Assembly: GCA_951406725.2 (NCBI GenBank)
Contig: OX597825.1
Span: forward strand, 51,522,001-51,586,000
Reading direction: 5' to 3'
Length of the DNA stretch: 64,000 nt
Source: Octopus vulgaris
Lineage: Eukaryota
Shown: positions 52,268 through 64,000 of the stretch, piece after piece
Layout of the letters: every line of letters begins with the position of its first letter
How positions within the stretch are numbered: position 1 is the first letter of the stretch
The notes under the pieces: generated by a model
Database searches by the model: none
Told to the model about the DNA's origin: nothing
Seen by the model: only the letters and a program-made list of their open reading frames with translations
Made by a program: the position numbers and the translations under genes

Positions 52268-54810
52268 GAAGACGGGTCGATGTAATCGACTTTTGTCCTT
52301 ACTCGAATTTGGGGGACTTCTGCCAAAATTTGAAACCAATATCTTGCAAAACAGTGACAGCAAACTATCGCCGGGTTTACTACTATGGCAAGCTGGCAGA
52401 TGTCTGTTAATAGCAAAAACAATTCTAATACTAAAGAACGGAGCTACACATATGTTGATGAACCAGCAATCAATTGCATTTCATAGATTATTGTATTCTT
52501 TGTATTATTTATAGTTATATAACTTTTACTGTTATATCAACGATGAGGAATATCCAACCTTGAAGTACACAGACAACATTCAATACCATGTGTCGTCGCT
52601 ACACACTTCGATCCTCACATGTCATCAAAGTAAAACAGCCAAATGTGCTTTTGTTCAGAACATTTGTTAAACAAGAATAAAGAAGCCTATGGAACTATAT
52701 GGGGTTGCCGAATATAATTATAATTTACTTCATGCCATCTTGCATCAACACTTGTCAGTGATGTATTGAAACTGATTTAGTCAAACTGAGTATCTCATCT
52801 TTAGAATAAAACACTTAAATCTGTGGTTGTCACTCTGTTTTATTTCTAGGGCACCTAGAGTTATATAAAATTACCAGTATAAATTAAGTTTAAAAGGTAA
52901 ACTGTTTAAAAACATCTATAGTAATGTATTTCACATTTGGTTTTATGATATATGTGCATCAAGTTTCTAAAATATTATTTTATACTTTCTAAAACTCTGT
53001 GGCGCATTCATATACCCATTGGTTCTGAAACAATACTTTGTGCAACACTGGCTTTTATCAGCTGCAAAACGGAAAAAAATTGTTAGGTAACTGTTTCAAT
53101 TACTAGTAAACTTCTTTTCATTTCATCACTACTGCTAATATGCTTGGGAAAGGCATGAACATCACAATACACTGTTTCACATTCGTCTGAGCTGTAAAAC
53201 CTTTATTCAGCTCTGTGAAAAGAGAACCAGTAGTCTGGTGTGACACACAATAACCTTTGTATTTCCTCTCCAGCGAATTGGATTCTAATTGATTGGATAC
53301 AAAAACACCTGCCCACTTTGTTGGAAATTGTTGTCAGGGAGACGTTAAGAGATGCGATGCTCTTATAAAGCATCTAATACAGTTTAAACAAAGGCCTAAA
53401 TTACAACAAAAAACAACTGACACCAAAACTAAAGTAAAACAGTAGACTGTTCATTATAAACAACCTGTAAAAGCTTACCAATTTTACGTTCGTTGAATTG
53501 TCTTATAGTATACCCCGCTTCACCAATTTAGACCGTATTCTAAAGTATTGTAATGTCGTAAGAAAGATAATGTCTTAAATAATATAACCTTAAATCGATG
53601 TTATTGCTGATTTTAAACGAGGAAGACATTTCAAACTTCTCAATCGATAGTCAGATTTACCAGCTGAGCAGGTGTTGTTAAAGCCACCATTACAGTCAGT
53701 CTTCTGTCTCTTTCTTCCTGTATATCAATATAATGTGTTTAAGTGAAAAACACCTGGGTTCCAACATTTTAAAACAACGAATATATTCCGTGTCAGGAGG
53801 GAATGTCAACGAGAAATCTGCATTTTGGCGCCAACCTTCTTATAGCGAGCAATGCAGATATTAATCTATACTAAAATACATCATCATCACCGAGGCATTC
53901 AAGTGAAAATCACTTATAGTCGTCGTCGTCATCATCATCGCCGTAGGAGGACAGATAATTTGCTTTCACAGTCGTCAGCGTCATCAACAACATCATCACC
54001 ATTGTTAAGGGAGGAAAATTGAATATCTTTATCGTGATCATCTTTCCCTTTACAATTATCATTAGCACCATAATCGTTGCCATCGTCACCAACGCCATCG
54101 TTTTTCTCATAATAAAAGGTAAAATAAATCACCTTGTCAGCCATTTTGATTATCAACTGTAACTTCTAATTTAAAATTTCTTTCTTAGGAAAGTTATATG
54201 ACTTAAGTACCTCCTACCAGAGGCGAATGGGAACACCACTTGAGGTACGTGACATATCCGAATGTTTCTGTCTTAATAACATATCTGAATGTTTCTATCT
54301 AAATGAATGTAAACTATTGAGATCATCAGAACCCAAATATTTAAATTCAGACCATTTCAGGCGGTTCTGTCCCATAGTTGACAGGAGAAGAACTGAATGA
54401 CACTCTCTAACGCTGCTGTCATACCAATGACAATTGAGTCAACAATGCATCTACAACATATGTACTCAAAGAAGATCGTGAAAATTTGCCACCAAGAACA
54501 TGAATAAATTCCATAAAACATGGATATAGATTCAGTGTCGTTCAATACCGCCGACGATTTACAAGGCTGACCAGAAATCATCTGACAAATGGCGGAAGGG
54601 ATTGTGGTCGAAACGAGAGAGAGGAGGAGTTCTAAATGCGTCAAGACACAAAATATATATATATACAGCTTACATTCAAGCTATCCAACGGACTTGGAAT
54701 AGGGCAAATAAAAAATGTTACAATAACTTAATTCCTGGCGATAAATATCACGATATAAACTGCGCAACAACAATAGCAAAACGTAACTACAAAACAACAT
54801 TGAGATATAA

Positions 54811-54935
54811 CACCACCACCACCACCACCACCACTACCACCACTACTACCACCACCTACAACAGCAACAACTACTACTACTTTTAATACCACCTCCACTA
54901 CTGCTACTGCTGCAGCAGCAGTAGAAGCAGCAGCA
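54811..54935. repeat. (ACC)/(ACT)/(GCA) trinucleotide low-complexity tract
   Basis: Directly visible. Confidence 0.9.
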
Positions 54936-55371
54936 GCTGATGCAAGAGCGGATACAACTGCTGATATAATAACAGTATCGAAGGGGACTTTTCCACTACA
55001 TCCTTCTCCGATAGAGGATACAGGTCCTGATGAACGTTCTTCAAAGATGACTGTTTATTGTGACAAGGAAATGGTCTGATTCGTTCTCCGTACTATATTC
55101 ACAAAATGAATCTTAAATACACCTACACTAGTTTTGCTACTATAAACAAAAGATAAACAATTGAGAGAGGGCTTTCTCGCTACTACTACGTCAGAATAAT
55201 TCAACTATTTATAAGAGTGTCAGCCGAATTACATCGCTGTTGATAGTGTGTTGTTATCTAATGTCATTGTTGATTTCATCTTCGCTGTTTTCGATGGAAA
55301 ACCTCAGTTTTCTTTTTATATATCTTTTTACCAAGTCTAAAATCTCAGATGACTATGACCAAATACACACG

Positions 55372-59900
<4,529 letters not shown>

Positions 59901-60149
59901 TTTATCTATTTATGTATTTTATCAGTTCATTGTATGTAAATCTCAACACTCAATGCCTGTTTTGTATTATTCCCCCTCATCTGTCACCCTGGTTGCAAAT
60001 AAATGGCATTATTATTATTATTTTGATTTGGCTCAGTTTGGGTCTTATTGCTGGTGGGAATTATATGGATAGCGGGTTACTACTTGTAACCTTAAGTTCT
60101 CAGCACTGTTTCAAGTGCTTAAAGCCCTCCTGATAACCCTTGCTGCCCT

Positions 60150-60365
60150 TGGTGGAGAGCCGATAGAATTGTTAGCACGCCAGAGAAAATGATCTTCGGC
60201 ATTTCGTCCGTCTTTACGTTCTGAATTCAAATTCCGCTAAGGTCGACTTTGACTTTTATGTTTTCAGGGTTTATAAATCAAATACCGGTTGCGTTTTGGT
60301 GTTGATCTAATGGACGAGCTCCCCACTCTCCAAATATCAGGCCTTGTTCCCAGAGTAGAAAAGAT
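60150..60365 (+). mobile_element. Meta-like SINE
   Basis: ggtggagagccgatagaattgttagcacgcc..ttctgaattcaaattccgctaaggtcgactttgac..aggccttgttcccagagtagaaaagatt. Confidence 0.8.
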
Positions 60366-60377
60366 TGTTGTTGTTGT

Positions 60378-60595
60378 TAAGGCGTCAAGCTGATAGAATC
60401 GTTAGAATACCGGGAAAATTGCTTTACGGCATTTTGTTCATCCTTTCGTTCTTAGTTTAATTTCTGCCGAGGTCGATTTAACCTTTTATCCTTTGGGGTC
60501 GATAATATAAGTACCAGTTGTGCACTGGGGTCGATGTTATCGACTAACTCCTTCATCGGTAATTACTGGACATCTGCCAAATTTAGAAATTTTCA
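60378..60595 (+). mobile_element. Meta-like SINE, tandem to the previous copy
   Basis: aaggcgtcaagctgatagaatcgttag..gccgaggtcgatttaaccttttatcctttggggtcgataatataagtaccagttgtgcactggggtcgatg. Confidence 0.8.
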
Positions 60596-63046
60596 TCATC
60601 ATTATTATTTTTATGAAAATTCCAAACATTGTGCTTTCAGTAGAAAGGGTTTTTATTATTATTATTATTATTCTTGTTGCAGTGTGTCTTTTCGAAGCAC
60701 GTGAGTTATTTTTCCAAAAGCGTAATTTCTATTTTTACTGTACCATCATGTTAACAAGGAAACGAACATCTTGTGAGGTTGGCTAACTATGTTAAATTTT
60801 TGAACCTTCAAGGCGGAATTTGTGATCCGTCTTCTAAATTTCAGCCATTTGAAAAATGAAAAATAAAAATAAAACTGGCGTCGAAATTTTCGGTAAATAA
60901 TCAAGGGAATTAAACCAGAGATTTGAAGAGTTGTTCTGAAACTTACTTTGTCCCTTTATAGTAAATCACAACCATTTCCAGCACAATTAATACAGTCAAC
61001 ACCGGCCGAATGTGTAACAATCACAGCAACAAGCAAATTAAACGAACAGCAACAGGGAATATAAAATCAATGAGAGCAGAAAAAGCAAAATTCCTATAAC
61101 CATTCTTTTATCTTGGGAAAGCAAAATACATTTTATAAAGTTTGGCTGGAACGTCGCAACCAACATTCCGGAATACATCCAACAGTAAACAAACCCTATA
61201 TAAAACCTTAGCCAGAAGAGGTAGGAAAACAGAGCAAGCCACAGTGCGGCAGATTAAAAAGAAGTCTATTATATCACCCTGTCACAACATAACATACGTC
61301 TCCCAATATTTCTGGAAATATAAAGATTGCCTGTTTGCAACGCTATTTTCTACGCATTACAAGCATTAAAAGAACAATGACATTTCAAACTTCAAATAGA
61401 TGGTAAAGAAGCATATATTTCTACGAGCCAAAATAAACGAGGGCCTACCTTGCCCAGCATCATAAAACGGGGTGAAAAAAAAACAGAGCCACAACTTTCA
61501 TGAAAAAAAACTAATTAAACTTTTTGAGAAGTGGAAAGGCTTGGCCTTTGCAGAAAAAAAAAGTTTGCAACAAATTTTTGGCATTGAACATTACACACCA
61601 ATATCTCCTATAGGCATTCACAAGACATCATTTTACATATTTCTCTTCCGAAGTAAATTTTAGATATATAATACAACATTTACTACCTCAACAGCATAAG
61701 GATTTCTGATATAGTTTCGACTCTAAATCAAAGAGAAGGGAGGTATTCACAACTTGTTATACGGTGGAAACGACTGCAGTGGTTCATTTATGCACTATAC
61801 ATCGAACATACTAACTTAAGCTAAAGTGGCCTATTAATGACAATGTAATCTCTAATATAGCAACAGATGTAATGATGTAGAGCAAATGTTCCCAAACAAT
61901 GTTGGCCAAATTTTGACCCTTTGAGTCACCTACACAGAAAATATTTTTATTTTTCAATATACTACTTATTTTGATATCAGTAGATAATGATTAAAAATAT
62001 AATGGGCGTCGTTTTACATATGCACTTGTACCTAGTCGGGAGTACAGATGGACAAATTGAAATGCAAGAAAAACGAAATAATGAATTGAAAGACTGGTAA
62101 TTGCGTTTATTTCCACCATGCGACATTTATGAGATCAATGTGTTGTCTATTGAAAGAGTGGTCTTCAATGCAAGTAAATACAGATGAAATCATTTCAAAC
62201 CTTTCCGATTTTTCTTATCAAAACATTTAGAACTTGTGCAACAATCTGACATATAAGTTATTGTAACCCGGGAAGAGGAAATTTTTATGCCCAGGATGGT
62301 ATTCACTATGTCTGGATCTAGTTAGCTTGAGTCACAAAATCATCCCCCTTTTAAAATGACGTAAAAATTCTGAGAATTTGCCGTATTAAACATTCATTTC
62401 TTATTCAGGATCTAGTTTGTTTCATTCACAAAATCTGCACTTTTTAAAAGGAAGTAAAAAAAACTCTAAAAATTGGTTGACGTGTTGCAGTTTTCCACAC
62501 TTATTCCTATGAAGATATGAACTTCTGAAGTAAAAAATTTGGCACACGCAATTTGTTTTTAATATGTGGTTCTAAAATAGAGACAGTCCGAATCTACTGT
62601 TTGTTTCTCTTTATAATTTCCAAGTAAGTTTTTTAAATACTTTAAAATCAAAATTTCGTAAAAATATGTGCCAGAAACAGTAGTTAAAATTTAAGGAAAT
62701 AGATTTTTGAGAGATCACTTGTTATGACTGACTTTATTACGTTATTCTAATATCTCTTCCGAAATTTCTGCATATACATGTATAAAAGCATACTGAAACA
62801 AACAAATATATACACACATACATTTTTACAGAGTTAGTTTTATATACGTCCTTGTCTAGATATAAGTATTTCGGCATCTCTACAAAATTGTGCACCAAAT
62901 ATTTCCTTCTTCATAGCCTTGAGAAAGTAAAATATTTCTTTTCTACAAATGTTTCAGATCACGTAGATTCCGATTAAATTGGAATTCATTGTGAAAACTA
63001 TTTGTCCCTAAAGACGTTTTAGAAAATTCACACCATTAGGCTTTGT

Positions 63047-63091
<45 letters not shown>

Positions 63092-63100
63092 ATGTATATG

Positions 63101-63165
<65 letters not shown>

Positions 63166-63340
63166 AAGGGTGAAAAGGAACACACGAGTTGATATATATG
63201 AAAAAACAAGTCAAAATAGAAAATGCTAAAATAATTTTATAAAGAACATTTCAGTACCGGTTTCGGTCATTTTGTGACCTTTTCAACTGTAACGATTAAA
63301 TAATTAAATTTAGAAAAATTAAAAGAAAAGTTTTTTTAAA
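63166..63340 (-). mobile_element. PLE terminus abutting (TA)n, with hammerhead
   Basis: Same family as 19978-20165. It follows a long TA tract at about 63049-63160. Confidence 0.7.
63251..63290 (-). ncRNA. Type I minimal hammerhead with U3-A8 covariant core
   Basis: Minus: cag-UUGAAAA-gguca(caaaa)ugacc-GAAA-ccgg-UA-cug. Stem II is perfect, stem III is palindromic, and the triplet is GUA. Confidence 0.75.
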
Positions 63341-63644
63341 GGAATATTTGTATAGTGTTCAAATATAAGTGGCATTCTGCCTTTCTCTGTCTCCCTTGTT
63401 TGCACTTGTGTGTTCGAGGCCGTTGTGAATTCTTGGTACGGTAGAAGAAGAAGAAGGTTGATGATGAGAAGGGGTGGAAAACATTTTGGGGGAGTGCCTT
63501 GATGGTCGTATTTTGAATGGTTAGTGGCGGCTAGCAGTTGCAGTTCAATTCAGGAGAATATTTCTATTGAAAGGTTTGTTTATGGAATTTGCGTAGGTGT
63601 TATACTAAAAAGCATTAGTGATAAAGTTAAGAGGTAGAAGGTGG

Positions 63645-63960
63645 AGAAGAAGAAGAAGAAGAAGAAGAAGAAGAAGGAGAAGAAGAAGAAGAAGAAGAAG
63701 AAGAAGAAGAAGAAGAATATGACGATGTTGATGAGGATGATGATGAAGAAGAAGAAGAAGAAGAAGAAGGAGAAGGAGAAGAAAAGGAGAAGGAGAAGAA
63801 AAAGATGATGATGATGGTGATGATGATGACAACGATGATGATGATAATGATGATGATGAATAGGAAGAAGAAGAAGAAGAAGAAGAAGAAGAAGAAGAAG
63901 AAAAAGAAGAAGAAGAAGAAGAAGAAGAAGAAGAAGAAGAAGAAGAAGAAGAAGAAAGAG
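63645..63960. repeat. (GAA)n/(GAT)n microsatellite
   Basis: Directly visible. Confidence 0.97.
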
Positions 63961-64000
63961 AAGGGAGAATATGAATGGGTGAAAGTAGTGAGGTGTTGTA

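Noticed and set aside
54330-54640. Possible RLE C-terminal remnant and a CTGACAA..GAAA hammerhead-like string
   Set aside because: The motifs are too degraded and the stems do not pair convincingly.
60900-61720. A-rich stretch that looks like a decayed retroelement; similar at 9500-10700, 50700-51170 and 52600-53400
   Set aside because: No diagnostic motif could be read, and a profile search is needed.

Overview
AT-rich, microsatellite-dense eukaryotic DNA. It is most likely intronic or intergenic sequence from a cephalopod (Octopus-like), inferred from the repeat families and not proven. No host protein-coding exon, rRNA, true tRNA or CRISPR array is supportable, and most ORF-track entries are microsatellite or antisense artefacts. 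The window is mostly mobile DNA: R4/Dong-type RLE non-LTR retrotransposons (one near full length between (TAA)n tracts at 55552-59502, and a decayed stack at 2470-7320); RTE and CR1 LINE remnants; mariner/Tc1 fossils; a long-TIR MITE splitting a SINE; and tRNA-derived SINEs. Between about 12.1 and 21.4 kb lies a cluster of Penelope-like elements (PLEs) and non-coding companions, mostly separated by (TA)n tracts. Five type-I minimal hammerhead ribozyme motifs are readable by eye. The most unusual signal is in three ~0.83-1 kb non-coding, GA-rich elements of unrelated sequence. Each carries on the minus strand the same covarying RNA architecture with identical spacing: stem-UH-16 nt ending in C-GAAA-18 nt-6 bp partner-CU. 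It looks like a hammerhead core whose strands are in a non-circularly permuted order. All RNA structures were paired by eye, not computed.
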